This document shows, in pieces, positions 19,176-29,182 of a stretch of 64,000 nucleotides of DNA (position 1 is its first letter; every line of letters begins with the position of its first letter). The notes beneath the pieces are model-generated. The model saw only the letters and a program-made list of their open reading frames with translations, did not search any database and was not told where the DNA came from. Origin of the DNA: Alphaproteobacteria bacterium (GTDB lineage: Bacteria; Pseudomonadota; Alphaproteobacteria; RF32; CAG-239); assembly GCA_017445475.1 (NCBI GenBank), contig JAFSUB010000023.1, positions 3,574 to 67,573 of the forward strand. The letters are read 5' to 3'. A program made the translations under genes and the position numbers.

Positions 19176-19648
19176 TTTTCAGCCCTTATCTTTGAGGAAT
19201 CTGCCCCATCATATAATGTTTCTTTTTTTCTTTCAAGAACGGCTTTTAATTTGACCACAATCTTATCGGGCGCAGAAGGCTCAAACAAATTAAGCAAAAC
19301 ACTCGGCACACAAACATTTTGGTTTTTAAAAAAACAATCTTGAGGATGTCTTTCAATCTCTTCGGACGATGCAGCCGCAACCACAAGTTCGACGGTGGTC
19401 GAGGGCTTAAAATCCGTTTTAACAATGCCTATTCCGCGGACTTCGAGCAAACCTTCAATGGTTTTCGGCGCGGTTGCAATGAGCCTGTCATTTTCTGCTT
19501 TTAAATCAACTCTGTCGTCCGAAACCAAAACAGCGCCTTTGTTTTCAATAAGCCTTAAAGCCAAATCAGACTTTCCGGCCCCCGAATGCCCGATAATTAA
19601 AACACCTGAACCTTTAATGTCAACCGCTGTTGCGTGGATGTTTTCCAT
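19172..19648 (-). CDS. hprK: HPr kinase/phosphorylase, short single-domain form (C-terminal kinase domain only)
   Basis: GVLIIGHSGAGKSDLALRLIENKGAVLVSDDRVDLKAENDRLIATAPKTIEGLLEVRGIGIV. P-loop plus the HprK C-domain signature. 158 aa, as in alphaproteobacteria. Confidence 0.75.
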   Translation of the reverse strand: MENIHATAVDIKGSGVLIIGHSGAGKSDLALRLIENKGAVLVSDDRVDLKAENDRLIATAPKTIEGLLEVRGIGIVKTDFKPSTTVELVVAAASSEEIERHPQDCFFKNQNVCVPSVLLNLFEPSAPDKIVVKLKAVLERKKETLYDGADSSKIRAEK

Positions 19649-19657
19649 TTTTAATCC

Positions 19658-20131
19658 TCAAACATCAATGCCCTCTAAACGTTCCTGCTTTTTTTGATTA
19701 CGCACGCTGATTTCAACCAATCGGTGCGTATCTGCCAAAGGCGTGATACGAACCTTGAACACATCGCGCGGCAAATAAACGCCCATTTTTTCAGGCCACT
19801 CAATCAAAGAAACACCTTCGGTTAAAGCCTCTTCAATATTGAGCTCCCAAATTTCTTCTTCAGATTTTAAGCGGTAAAGGTCGAAATGATAAATTTCAAA
19901 CGCGGCGGACTGATATGTTTGCACAAGCGTAAAAGTCGGGCTCGGCACATCTTCAGCCGCCGTTAAATTTTGAACAAATGCTCGCGCAAAAACCGACTTT
20001 CCCGCGCCAAGCGTTCCGTAAAGCGCAAACGCATCACCTTTTTGTGCCATCAAAGAAATTTTTTCTGCAAGCCTTTTTGTTTCATCTTCCGAAAAACATT
20101 CAAAGCGAAAAATTTTTGCATCCTCACTCAT
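19658..20131 (-). CDS. tsaE: tRNA threonylcarbamoyladenosine biosynthesis ATPase TsaE (YjeE)
   Basis: FALYGTLGAGKSVFARAF P-loop. 157 aa. Confidence 0.75.
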   Translation of the reverse strand: MSEDAKIFRFECFSEDETKRLAEKISLMAQKGDAFALYGTLGAGKSVFARAFVQNLTAAEDVPSPTFTLVQTYQSAAFEIYHFDLYRLKSEEEIWELNIEEALTEGVSLIEWPEKMGVYLPRDVFKVRITPLADTHRLVEISVRNQKKQERLEGIDV

Positions 20132-20132
20132 T

Positions 20133-21221
20133 CTAAAACCCGAACAATCCCGATTTTTTCGTTTTTTTCCTGATAACCTTCACATTTTGTTCGCGCTGTT
20201 TAATTTTGCGCCAATCCCACGGCTTGTAAAAACTGCCCTGCCACAAACCGCGCCTGTTTTTTTGCGCCTGATATTCATAAGGCAAATACGCGTCGGTATA
20301 TTTCGTATAGGCAACGGCCCAGCCGGCATTCACAATCGCCGCGCCCAAATCATACGGGCCGTATGAGCAGGTTCCGACCATATTGCCTTTTGTATCTTGC
20401 TGAATGATATGACACTCAAGCTCACCGTCTTCAATCCAACTTTTAAGCCAACTTGCCGCCTGTCTGCCGCAATTATATGCTTTACCCTGCCAATCGGCAC
20501 ACGTTTGGCTGATTTCCGGTGCGGCAATACCGAACAGCCTGAAATATCTTCCCATAATTTCAAGCGTGTCGCCGTTAATCACCCGCGCATACGCATATAT
20601 CACAGGAAAATCATTCGGATTAAACGGTTTTTGAGCCTCCGCCTGCCTCGGACTTGCAATTGCCGAAACAAGCGTTTCCACCAAATTTTTCCGCTCCTGT
20701 TGTTGCGGCACTGATTCTGCTTTTGCCTCTTTTTCGGAGCTCTTATGAACATCTTCAAAAAGCTCACCTGAAGGCTGTTTGGTTTGCGTTTCAGGTTGTG
20801 ATGGAGGTTCTTCCTCTTTCACATTTAAAACCTCAGGCTCCGTTTGCACGGCGGGAACAACCGGCATTTCCTGCACATTTTCTTTGGGATTATCCCTTCC
20901 GATAAAGCTTAAAACGGCGTCGTGCACACCTGTCAAACCGTTGTTAAACATTCCGAGTGCATACATCATAAACAACCCGATACCGCCCATAATCAGCATC
21001 GAAGGCAAACATCCGAGCCCGCGCAACAACATCTTTGCAAAAATATATAAAATAACCAGAACAACCAAAAGCCCGACAAAACTGACAGCCTGAACAAACA
21101 GGCTTGAACTCTGTGTGCCCGAGCTTCCACCATAAATCAAAGCAACCAGAAAAAGGCCTAACGCAATCTTTTTAAACCAAAACATAAGAAGCACCCTATT
21201 GATGTTTTCATTCTTGCTCAT
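20133..21221 (-). CDS. Membrane-anchored thermonuclease (SNase-like) family protein
   Basis: N-terminal TM helices and a Pro/Glu/Gln-rich linker precede a C-terminal SNase fold (...VINGDTLEIMGRYFRLFGIAAPE...GLWQG). Start is ambiguous between 21185, 21221 and 21266. Confidence 0.6.
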   Translation of the reverse strand: MSKNENINRVLLMFWFKKIALGLFLVALIYGGSSGTQSSSLFVQAVSFVGLLVVLVILYIFAKMLLRGLGCLPSMLIMGGIGLFMMYALGMFNNGLTGVHDAVLSFIGRDNPKENVQEMPVVPAVQTEPEVLNVKEEEPPSQPETQTKQPSGELFEDVHKSSEKEAKAESVPQQQERKNLVETLVSAIASPRQAEAQKPFNPNDFPVIYAYARVINGDTLEIMGRYFRLFGIAAPEISQTCADWQGKAYNCGRQAASWLKSWIEDGELECHIIQQDTKGNMVGTCSYGPYDLGAAIVNAGWAVAYTKYTDAYLPYEYQAQKNRRGLWQGSFYKPWDWRKIKQREQNVKVIRKKTKKSGLFGF

Positions 21222-21326
21222 TAGAACACATAAATTTTGATATTGCAAACATTTTATCAATATCACGCGAAAAAATGAAACCTAACGTTTCCCAAAGCCG
21301 ATGTTTTTGAAAAAAAATCGAAACAG

Positions 21327-22988
21327 CTATTGATAAAGCGGCGGCAAAACATCGTCATCTTTTGTTTTGTTTTTTTTCTTTTTCAGCGCTTTTTTAAAAG
21401 AATCTTCAAAATAAGACCTGTCAAAAGAAACCGTTTTTTTGCCTGAATAAAGACAAGTGCTCAACGCCTTTGCCGCCTCAAAAAAATCATCATCGCCCAA
21501 AAACAGTGCAACATCTTGCAAACTGTTAAAGTTTTGATTTTTAAATTTCTGGCGGGAAAAGTTCAACACGTTGTTTTGAAGTGTTTTCAAATCAGCCGTC
21601 CGAATTGTTTTTGAAATGTCCTTTTTTTTTGCCGGTTTTTGAGGTGAACTTGTTTTTTTTGAGATTGCAAAACTCATCAAAACCCCAACCAAAAATGCCG
21701 CAATCACAAGCCACAAAGAAACACCGTTTGTTTCAGTTTTTGCATTTTCTTTTGGCCCGCCGCTTAAATTTTCGGTTGCCACATTCGGATTTTTTTGAAC
21801 ATCAACCACCACCTTTTTAAGCGTTTCTTTTTTAATTGTGTCTGTTGAAACATCAAACCATTCAACGCCAATTTCAGGCAACTCAAGTTTTCCTTCTTTT
21901 TGCGGAATATAGGTTATTGTTGTTTTTTGAGTTGCAACAATTTTGTTTCCGACAAGCCTTGTTTCTAAAACAGGTTCTTCAACATATTGCTTAAAATCCG
22001 GAGCATCTTCAAATTCAATTTGAGGAAGCTGCGTCTCTAAAACCCCTTCCGCACTCAAAACAACCTCGCGAGCAATTGGCTCAAAAGCACGCACAGATTG
22101 TTTAATATCTGTAAAATTTTCCTCTAAACGAACATTTGTTGAAGGCAACCACCACCCGCCCTCAAAATCGGAAGGCGCAGGCAAAATTTCAATTTCATTG
22201 CCTTTTTTTGAAAGAAAAACAGGCTTTTTAACACCGAAAATCGACGGCATTTGAACGGCAAAAAAACCAACGTCAAAAACCTTTTTTGCATCGGGTTCTT
22301 CATAAGAATATCCCTCAAAAACGGCATTCGGCAATGTAAGAGAGCCGCTTTTTTGCGAAAACAATGCAAAGTCATAAAAAATCTGCCGCCCGTTTGCGCT
22401 TTGCCTGATATACGGTTCTCGAACAGACTTGATGATAAAATCATTCGTCGGTTCAAAATTCACCTGTCCGCCTATTATCGAACCGTCATCTGTAACAACA
22501 ATTTGATAGTCAATCTGTTGCTGCACAAAATATTTTTGCGCCGGATTTTTAATAAGCGCCTCAATGCCAAAACCGCTTACGGCCTTATTTTCCGGAGTGC
22601 TCAAACTTATAGACGGCGTGGCACCGACTGCCTCATCTGTAACCGTAATTTCAATCGGCTGGGTACGCTCACCCGCAACATCAATTGCGGGAATAATCTG
22701 CTTGCCCGTTGCCGTCGGTATAAGCCCGATTTTAAATTCGACAGAACGCGATTGACGCATATTTGATACAAAATTTTTTTGCGACACAGCGGTTGAAACA
22801 ACTCGAAAACCGCTCAAAATATCCGTCAAATCCGGAAGATTCGCAACATTTTGATCGGTCTTAATGCTTAAAAAAATCATCTCATTTAAGCCAACCGTTT
22901 CCCTGTCAACGCTTGCCGAAACGGCGCACATCGCTTTTGCACTCATAAGTAAAATGCAAAAAAATGCCATAAATCCTGTTTTTTTCAT
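21327..22988 (-). CDS. batD: BatD-like oxygen-tolerance protein
   Basis: Signal peptide, large periplasmic domain and a C-terminal TM plus basic tail. Last gene of a BatA/BatB cluster. Confidence 0.55.
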   Translation of the reverse strand: MKKTGFMAFFCILLMSAKAMCAVSASVDRETVGLNEMIFLSIKTDQNVANLPDLTDILSGFRVVSTAVSQKNFVSNMRQSRSVEFKIGLIPTATGKQIIPAIDVAGERTQPIEITVTDEAVGATPSISLSTPENKAVSGFGIEALIKNPAQKYFVQQQIDYQIVVTDDGSIIGGQVNFEPTNDFIIKSVREPYIRQSANGRQIFYDFALFSQKSGSLTLPNAVFEGYSYEEPDAKKVFDVGFFAVQMPSIFGVKKPVFLSKKGNEIEILPAPSDFEGGWWLPSTNVRLEENFTDIKQSVRAFEPIAREVVLSAEGVLETQLPQIEFEDAPDFKQYVEEPVLETRLVGNKIVATQKTTITYIPQKEGKLELPEIGVEWFDVSTDTIKKETLKKVVVDVQKNPNVATENLSGGPKENAKTETNGVSLWLVIAAFLVGVLMSFAISKKTSSPQKPAKKKDISKTIRTADLKTLQNNVLNFSRQKFKNQNFNSLQDVALFLGDDDFFEAAKALSTCLYSGKKTVSFDRSYFEDSFKKALKKKKNKTKDDDVLPPLYQ

Positions 22989-22989
22989 T

Positions 22990-24732
22990 TCAATTTCCAT
23001 ACCTGTTTTTTAAATATTCCTGTTTGATAATTGCTCTTAAAAGTCCGCCCGTATCTTCTTTAATTTCCCGAAACTGTTGACGTCTTGCCTGAACCTTTTC
23101 ATCATATTTTTCGTTTTCAGCGCCTTCTTTGGCTTTCATCGCTTCTGCTTGTTTTTCTTCAAAAGACGAATCGTTTTTTTGGTTTTGCGCATCATTTTCG
23201 TTTTGTTTTGCCTCATCTTGCGCCTCATTTTTTTCGGATTCGGGCGATGTTGTTTCCGAATTTTTCTGCTCCTGATTTAAATCATCATTTTGCGCGTCAT
23301 TTTGGTCTTGAGCTTGCCCATTTTCTGCTTGATTTTCATCACCGTTTTGTTTTTCCTGCTCGTTTTGCGCCTCATCTTGAGCATCGCTTTGCCCGTTTTG
23401 GTTTTGCGTATTTTCTTTGTTTTCCTCGTCGTTTTCTTTGTTTTTTTCGTTTTGCTTGCTCTGATTTTGCATCATTTTTTTAACATATTCCAAATTAAAA
23501 GCGGCATCTTCGTGCTTTGGATTTTGCGCCACAACACTTTCATAAAGCTCTATTGCTTTTTTCAAATCACCCGACTTTGCAAGCGCATTTGCAAGATTGT
23601 AACGCCCCTCAATGTCTTCATTTTTTTCAAAAAAACGCGCGGCGTTTTGATAATCCTGCGCCTTATAATAAGCTGCACCTTTCCAGTTTTCATCATCAAA
23701 CTTTAACGCGGCGTTTTGATAATCCTGCGCCTCAAAAAGTTTTGCCGCCTCCTGATTGCTGTTTAAAAAGAAGCCAGCCTGAACATCGAGGGCAAAAATG
23801 CACATCAACAAACAAAACAAAACACCTTTTTTGAAAAAATACAGCAGACAAACAGCCACCGCAAACAACAACCAATAACCATCATCTTCCAAAACACTTA
23901 TTTTGTTTTGCGTTTGTTTTAAGTCGGTTAAATTTTGGCCCTCTAAAACACTCAAAAGCGCGTTGTTTGAAACTCTTTCAACACTCCCGTAACCACCTTT
24001 TGAAACTCGCGCCAAATCTTCAAACGCCTTGCTTTCAAAGGGTGAAACATTCAAGACACTCACATTAAAACCTTTTTCAAAGGCCGATTTTGCAGCCTGC
24101 CGTGCCCTTTGAAAATCATCCGGCAGACCGGCACTCACAACCAAAATATTGCCCTTGGCATATCCGCTTTCTTTCAATCTTTCAGCCGCCATTTCAATTG
24201 CCCTGTCCGGCCGATTTCCGTTTGCCGGCATAATCGAAAAATCAACAGCTTTAAGCAAATTAAGAGCCACATTTTCGTCTTCCGATAAAGGCGAAACGAC
24301 AAAAGGCTCTGATGTATAAACAATCAACCCGCTCGGATGGGCATTTACTTTTTGCAAAATGTCCGTAAGTTCAATTTTCGCGCGCTTTAATCTTGAAGGC
24401 TTGACATCTGTTTTGTTCATATCATCTGACATATCAAGCACAATCATCAACGGATTTTCAATGTTCAAAACCGCTTGCTCCGTTTTTTCAAAACTCGGGC
24501 CCATAAGCGCCAAAACAGCCGCAATTAACCCCACACTTAAAAACCATCTTGCAAGATTTGTTTTCCTGCTTTCCCCTGCCAAAAGATATTTCAAAAGCGG
24601 CTCGCTGCAAATTTTCTGCCACGGATTGGCTTTGAGCGCCAAACGATAACTCATCATGCAAAAAGGCAACACCACCACAAAAAGCCAAGCAAAATACGGC
24701 CTGATAAATTCCACATCAAAAAGTGTTTTCAT
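22990..24732 (-). CDS. batB: BatB/BatC-like protein: TM + von Willebrand A domain + TPR repeats + long acidic Q/N/E/D-rich tail
   Basis: VWA motif LMIVLDMSDDM, then TPR-like repeats (AQDYQNAALKF..., YKAQDYQNAARFF...). The low-complexity acidic tail creates spurious opposite-strand ORFs at 23077-23834. Confidence 0.6.
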   Translation of the reverse strand: MKTLFDVEFIRPYFAWLFVVVLPFCMMSYRLALKANPWQKICSEPLLKYLLAGESRKTNLARWFLSVGLIAAVLALMGPSFEKTEQAVLNIENPLMIVLDMSDDMNKTDVKPSRLKRAKIELTDILQKVNAHPSGLIVYTSEPFVVSPLSEDENVALNLLKAVDFSIMPANGNRPDRAIEMAAERLKESGYAKGNILVVSAGLPDDFQRARQAAKSAFEKGFNVSVLNVSPFESKAFEDLARVSKGGYGSVERVSNNALLSVLEGQNLTDLKQTQNKISVLEDDGYWLLFAVAVCLLYFFKKGVLFCLLMCIFALDVQAGFFLNSNQEAAKLFEAQDYQNAALKFDDENWKGAAYYKAQDYQNAARFFEKNEDIEGRYNLANALAKSGDLKKAIELYESVVAQNPKHEDAAFNLEYVKKMMQNQSKQNEKNKENDEENKENTQNQNGQSDAQDEAQNEQEKQNGDENQAENGQAQDQNDAQNDDLNQEQKNSETTSPESEKNEAQDEAKQNENDAQNQKNDSSFEEKQAEAMKAKEGAENEKYDEKVQARRQQFREIKEDTGGLLRAIIKQEYLKNRYGN

Positions 24733-25735
24733 TGCCTTTTTTCAACCTTTCAAACAAAAGCGCGCAAAGCGCAAGAATAAGTGCCAGCAAAAGCGGCACA
24801 AAATAAAGTTCTTTTTTCGGATAAATGTAATTTTGCTCAAAATCTTGCGCTTCCAACGTGTCAATTTGGCGATAAACATCAACCAACTCGCTCAAATTTT
24901 TGACCTTGAAGAAACGTCCGTTTGTTTCAGATGCCAAGGCTTTTAAGCTTTTTTCATCAACACTTGTGCCTTGATGCCCGAAAAAAACGGAAGCCATTGT
25001 CAGCGACGGCGCACCAATGCCTATGGTATAAACTTTCACACCTTCGTTTTTTGCCATTTCAATTGCATCATCAATTCCAAGCGCCCCATCGTTGTTTTCG
25101 CCGTCGGTCAGCAAAATCATCACCTGATTTTTTTTATCGGTTTTAAGTTCACTTAAAGCCTTAAGCGAAAGCCCCAACGCATCACCGATGGCTGTTGATT
25201 GTCCGGCCATACCGGCCTTTGCCACATCTAAAACATCTAAAAGCGCTTTTTTATCATACGTCAGCGGCACCTGCAAATAAGCCCTTGTTCCAAACAAAAC
25301 AAGCCCCATTCTGTCGCTCGTTCTTTTTTTTGTAAAATCCGAAACAACCGCTTTAACGGCATCAATTCGGCTGATGCGCCTGTTTTGAAACACAAAATCT
25401 TCTTCAAGCATTGAAGTTGAAATATCGGTTATCATCAAAATATCACGGCCTTTGTTTTGAATTCTGATCGGCTCTGAGAAAAAAACCGGACGCATCAAAG
25501 CCGCCACAACAAGAGCCCACATCAAAAACAAAAACCAAAAGCGCGGCATTTTTAAATAAGCCAAAGACGGGGCAGCAAAAACATTCTTATTTGCGCTTTC
25601 AATTTTTTTCAAATCCTTAATAAACGGAATTTTTAAGGCTTGTTGCGCCTGTGCTTTGGAAAAAGAAAAAAAGTGCCTCACCGCAAATGCAAGAATAAGA
25701 AGAACTGCAAGAAAGGGATATAAAAACACAATCAT
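24716..25735 (-). CDS. batA: BatA-like VWA-domain membrane protein
   Basis: N-terminal TM helices followed by a VWA domain (DILMITDISTSM...ILLTDGENN). Confidence 0.65.
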   Translation of the reverse strand: MIVFLYPFLAVLLILAFAVRHFFSFSKAQAQQALKIPFIKDLKKIESANKNVFAAPSLAYLKMPRFWFLFLMWALVVAALMRPVFFSEPIRIQNKGRDILMITDISTSMLEEDFVFQNRRISRIDAVKAVVSDFTKKRTSDRMGLVLFGTRAYLQVPLTYDKKALLDVLDVAKAGMAGQSTAIGDALGLSLKALSELKTDKKNQVMILLTDGENNDGALGIDDAIEMAKNEGVKVYTIGIGAPSLTMASVFFGHQGTSVDEKSLKALASETNGRFFKVKNLSELVDVYRQIDTLEAQDFEQNYIYPKKELYFVPLLLALILALCALLFERLKKGNENTF

Positions 25736-26193
25736 AAATTCTTCTCCAAAAAGTTTTGAGCATATTTTTTAAGCGCGTCGAAATCTTCTTTTTCAAGCAG
25801 TGAATTTTTTGCCATATAAGGCGCTGCGGATAAAATTTCCTCTTGTTTTTCCGTCAGCTTAAAATCTGTATGCGCATTTAAGAAGTCAACCCACGGCTTT
25901 GAAAATAAAACCGCTGCATTTTTGTGTTTAAGCAAACAAACTCTTTTAAGCAAAACAGACATCTCAACCACGCTTTCTGTGCCGTTTCCTTTAATGTTGT
26001 TCAAAGCATTTAACGCATAATATTTTTTTGTTTTCCGATACAAAAAGCGCGCCACCGGCCACAAAAAAACAGCCGCCAGAACAAGGCCGGCAAGAATCAA
26101 AACGCCATAGCCGAGCGGCACCCAAAAAACAGGCTCGGGCAAATGGATGTCTCTTAAAAGCGGCAAATTATCCACAAACAAACCTCTTTTCAC
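25732..26193 (-). CDS. DUF4381-like small membrane protein (Bat-operon associated)
   Basis: 153 aa with one TM (VLILAGLVLAAVFLWPV). Its stop forms an ATGA overlap with the batA start. Confidence 0.5.
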   Translation of the reverse strand: MKRGLFVDNLPLLRDIHLPEPVFWVPLGYGVLILAGLVLAAVFLWPVARFLYRKTKKYYALNALNNIKGNGTESVVEMSVLLKRVCLLKHKNAAVLFSKPWVDFLNAHTDFKLTEKQEEILSAAPYMAKNSLLEKEDFDALKKYAQNFLEKNL

Positions 26194-26260
26194 GCAAAAT
26201 TAAACTAAACCATAATCTAAACTTTTTTTTGCGCAATATCAAGCATCAATCCGGCAAAAA

Positions 26261-27301
26261 CTACTTAAAATAATTGATACCCATTGCTGTTTTAACCTCG
26301 CTTAAAGTTTGCGCGGCAACTTCTCTTGCACTTTCGCTGCCCTTTTTCAAAATTTCAAAAATATGCGTCATATCTTTGGCGAGTTCTTCTCTTTTTTCGC
26401 GAATGGGTTTAAGCTCTGCCTGCAAAATGTCATTTAAAAGCTTTTTAACTTTCACATCGCCCAAACCGCCGCGCTCGTAATGCGCTTTGAGTTCGCCAAA
26501 ATTTTGATATTCCGGCAAAAACGCCTTAAAATGCTCGTCTTTGGCAAATGCACCCAAATAAATAAACACCGGATTATTTTCCGTGTGTCCCGCATCTTCA
26601 AGCCTTAAATGCGTCGGATCGGTGAACATACTTTTCACTTTTTTTGCAATGTCGTTCGAAGTGTCTGAAAGATAAATGCAGTTTCCGAGCGACTTGCTCA
26701 TTTTTGCGCTTCCGTCAATTCCCGGCAGTCTTGCGCATGTCTCATTTTCGGGCAAAAGTGCATTCGGCTCAACCAAAACCTCTCGGTAAGTCGCGTTAAA
26801 TGTGCGCACAATTTCGCGGGTTTGTTCAATCATCGGCAGCTGATCTTCACCAACCGGCACAATATTTGCCTTAAATGCCGTAATATCTGCCGCCTGAGAA
26901 ATGGGATAGGTAAAAAAGCCCACCGGCACGCTTTGCTTAAAGCCCCGCAGCTTTATTTCGTTTTTAACGGTTGGATTGCGCTGCAGCCGCGAAACCGTTA
27001 CCAGGTTCATATAATAAAACGAAAGTTCGCACAACTCAGGAATTTGCGATTGAATAAACACAGTTGATTTTAAGGGGTTAATACCACACGCAAAATAATC
27101 AAGCGCAACCTCGCCGATATTGGTGCGCACCTTGTCAACATTGTCTGCATTGTCCGTTAAGGCTTGTGCGTCGGCAATCATCACGTAAATTGCATCACTT
27201 GCACCTTTTTCCTGAATTTCCACACGCCTTTTAAGCGAACCGACATAATGGCCCAAATGCAATCGCCCTGTCGGCCTGTCCCCTGTTAAAACAATTTTCA
27301 T
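26261..27301 (-). CDS. trpS: Tryptophan--tRNA ligase
   Basis: MKIVLTGDRPTGRLHLGHYVGSL (HIGH-type motif) and KMSKS. AAGGAGAAAAA SD precedes the ATG at 27301. The ORF-track start at 27340 is an upstream extension. Confidence 0.9.
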   Translation of the reverse strand: MKIVLTGDRPTGRLHLGHYVGSLKRRVEIQEKGASDAIYVMIADAQALTDNADNVDKVRTNIGEVALDYFACGINPLKSTVFIQSQIPELCELSFYYMNLVTVSRLQRNPTVKNEIKLRGFKQSVPVGFFTYPISQAADITAFKANIVPVGEDQLPMIEQTREIVRTFNATYREVLVEPNALLPENETCARLPGIDGSAKMSKSLGNCIYLSDTSNDIAKKVKSMFTDPTHLRLEDAGHTENNPVFIYLGAFAKDEHFKAFLPEYQNFGELKAHYERGGLGDVKVKKLLNDILQAELKPIREKREELAKDMTHIFEILKKGSESAREVAAQTLSEVKTAMGINYFK

Positions 27302-27385
27302 TTTTTCTCCTTTTCTTTTGCTTTCTAACACAGCCTTCAAATCTTGTCAAGAAGACCGTGTTTTTGCTCTCATCTGAAGTTCGGC

Positions 27386-29182
27386 TTATTTATCGGCAAG
27401 ACGCAGATTAACCCAAACCACACCCAGCCCGCTCAACTGGCTGCTGGCACTGATGTCCTGATTTTCAAACTTAACCAAGAGCTTGCCGTTTTCAATTAAG
27501 CTTGCCGGAATTTTCACAGATTTCAAAACCGGTTGCTTGTCTTTTGTTGTAACAGTCCATGTGTCCAAATGCTTTTGATTTACCAAAACCTCAATATCGC
27601 GCGCCAAATCACGTGTGATAAGTGTTCTGAAAAACACCTCCAAAACCAAATCACCATCAATATCTGCTGGCAAAGAAAACGAAACTTCATCTAAAAACTC
27701 CACACCGAACGCAGAATGTGAATACGAAGCATAACACTTCAAATCCTCGCCTTTCGAAATCGGCGTGTTTAATACGGGATACGCAAAATATTGCGGCATA
27801 TTAACGGTTTTAATTGTTTCAAAACTCTCATAAACTTTCGAAGCTTTCATCAGTTCGGTTTCAAAGCTCAAACCGTCGCGCTCAAACAGCGTCGGCGCCT
27901 TTGCAAAAAGCGACCGCCCAAGCCCGAACGCACCGTCTTCAAAATTAACCCCGATGGCATTTAAAACCGTCGGTGCCACATCAATTGTCGTGAAAGCTTG
28001 ATGCGGTTGTTTTTTAAATATCGGCGACGGATTTAAGATAAAGTTCACAATTTGGCGCGGCTGTTTTTTGTCGACCAAATCTTCTTCTTTCATCGCCGGG
28101 TGATCGCCCAAAACGACAACAGTTGTGTTTTCATAAAATTTTTGCGCTTTGAGCCATGTTAAAAAATCTTCAAGCATGTTGTCGGCACAAACCATAACAT
28201 CTTTTCTGTCGCCGGCGCTTCCTTTGCACGACGGATCCAGAAAAACATTTGGTCTGTGCGTGTCAAGCGTAATCATCGAAAACAAAAACGGCTCATTTTC
28301 CGCGCCAATTTTTTCAAGCTGCTGTTTCACCATTTCATAAAGTGCCCCGTCGCGATATCCGTTAAACGAGCCCTCGTTTTCATCAAAAGGATAAGCAAAA
28401 CTTTTTTTAAGCTCATCTCTGCCCCAAATGTTTGAAAAACCGTGTGAGCTTAAAAACAACTTTGTGCGCGCAAAATTGATGTCTGCGCCTTTCATAAAAT
28501 ATGTTTCATAGCCGTTGTTTTTCAAAATTTCGGGCATACAAACAAGCGACGAAAGAAAATTTTGATAACCGGTATAACCCTTAATATGCGAACTTTTATA
28601 AGGCACGGCGCACAAACTTTCAACCATAGCCGCCAGCGTGAAACCCTGATTTTTAATCTGATAAAATCCGTCAAACGACAGTTCGCGTTTCATATGTTCC
28701 GAAATGTTTTTAATCAAATTTTGCTTTCCGCCGAAAGCCTCGGCATATCCGCTTTCAACCGATTCCAAATAAATCAAAATCAAATTTCTTTTCTTTGCCG
28801 GAAACTGATAATTCAAACCCAAAGGATAAACATATTCTTTTTCGTATATATCCGTATAAGTGCGCTGATTGATGATATAATTGAACAAATCAATCCGCCA
28901 CAAAACAAAAAGCAAAGCACCGCAAGCCGTCAAAAAAAGCCCGATGTTTTTTGAAAAAACAAAAGCCAAAACAACCGTTGCAAACAGCGCAAGCAAAATG
29001 CAAAAAACATAATTCATCACAATCACCGGCGGCAAAGTCCCAAGACCTTCCTCCAAATTGATGAAAATCTGCGAAACGGTTACATCGCCCCAAAGATAAT
29101 TGGTGTAAAGCGTCGCGCCTAAAAGCGCCAGCGCAAAAAACAAAAACACAAGGGTTATCACATCACAAATTATTCTTTTCAC
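27386..29182 (-). CDS. Sulfatase/LTA-synthase-family membrane phosphotransferase (OpgB/MdoB-like)
   Basis: Five N-terminal TM helices and a periplasmic alkaline-phosphatase-superfamily domain (...FLFSMITLDTHRPNVF...VVVLGDHPAM). Confidence 0.6.
   Translation of the reverse strand: MKRIICDVITLVFLFFALALLGATLYTNYLWGDVTVSQIFINLEEGLGTLPPVIVMNYVFCILLALFATVVLAFVFSKNIGLFLTACGALLFVLWRIDLFNYIINQRTYTDIYEKEYVYPLGLNYQFPAKKRNLILIYLESVESGYAEAFGGKQNLIKNISEHMKRELSFDGFYQIKNQGFTLAAMVESLCAVPYKSSHIKGYTGYQNFLSSLVCMPEILKNNGYETYFMKGADINFARTKLFLSSHGFSNIWGRDELKKSFAYPFDENEGSFNGYRDGALYEMVKQQLEKIGAENEPFLFSMITLDTHRPNVFLDPSCKGSAGDRKDVMVCADNMLEDFLTWLKAQKFYENTTVVVLGDHPAMKEEDLVDKKQPRQIVNFILNPSPIFKKQPHQAFTTIDVAPTVLNAIGVNFEDGAFGLGRSLFAKAPTLFERDGLSFETELMKASKVYESFETIKTVNMPQYFAYPVLNTPISKGEDLKCYASYSHSAFGVEFLDEVSFSLPADIDGDLVLEVFFRTLITRDLARDIEVLVNQKHLDTWTVTTKDKQPVLKSVKIPASLIENGKLLVKFENQDISASSQLSGLGVVWVNLRLADK

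Noticed and set aside
23077-23834. Four overlapping plus-strand ORFs (67-138 aa) rich in F/L/R/H
   Set aside because: They are antisense to the GAA/GAT/CAA-rich acidic low-complexity tail of the BatB-like gene, so they are frame artefacts of that repeat.
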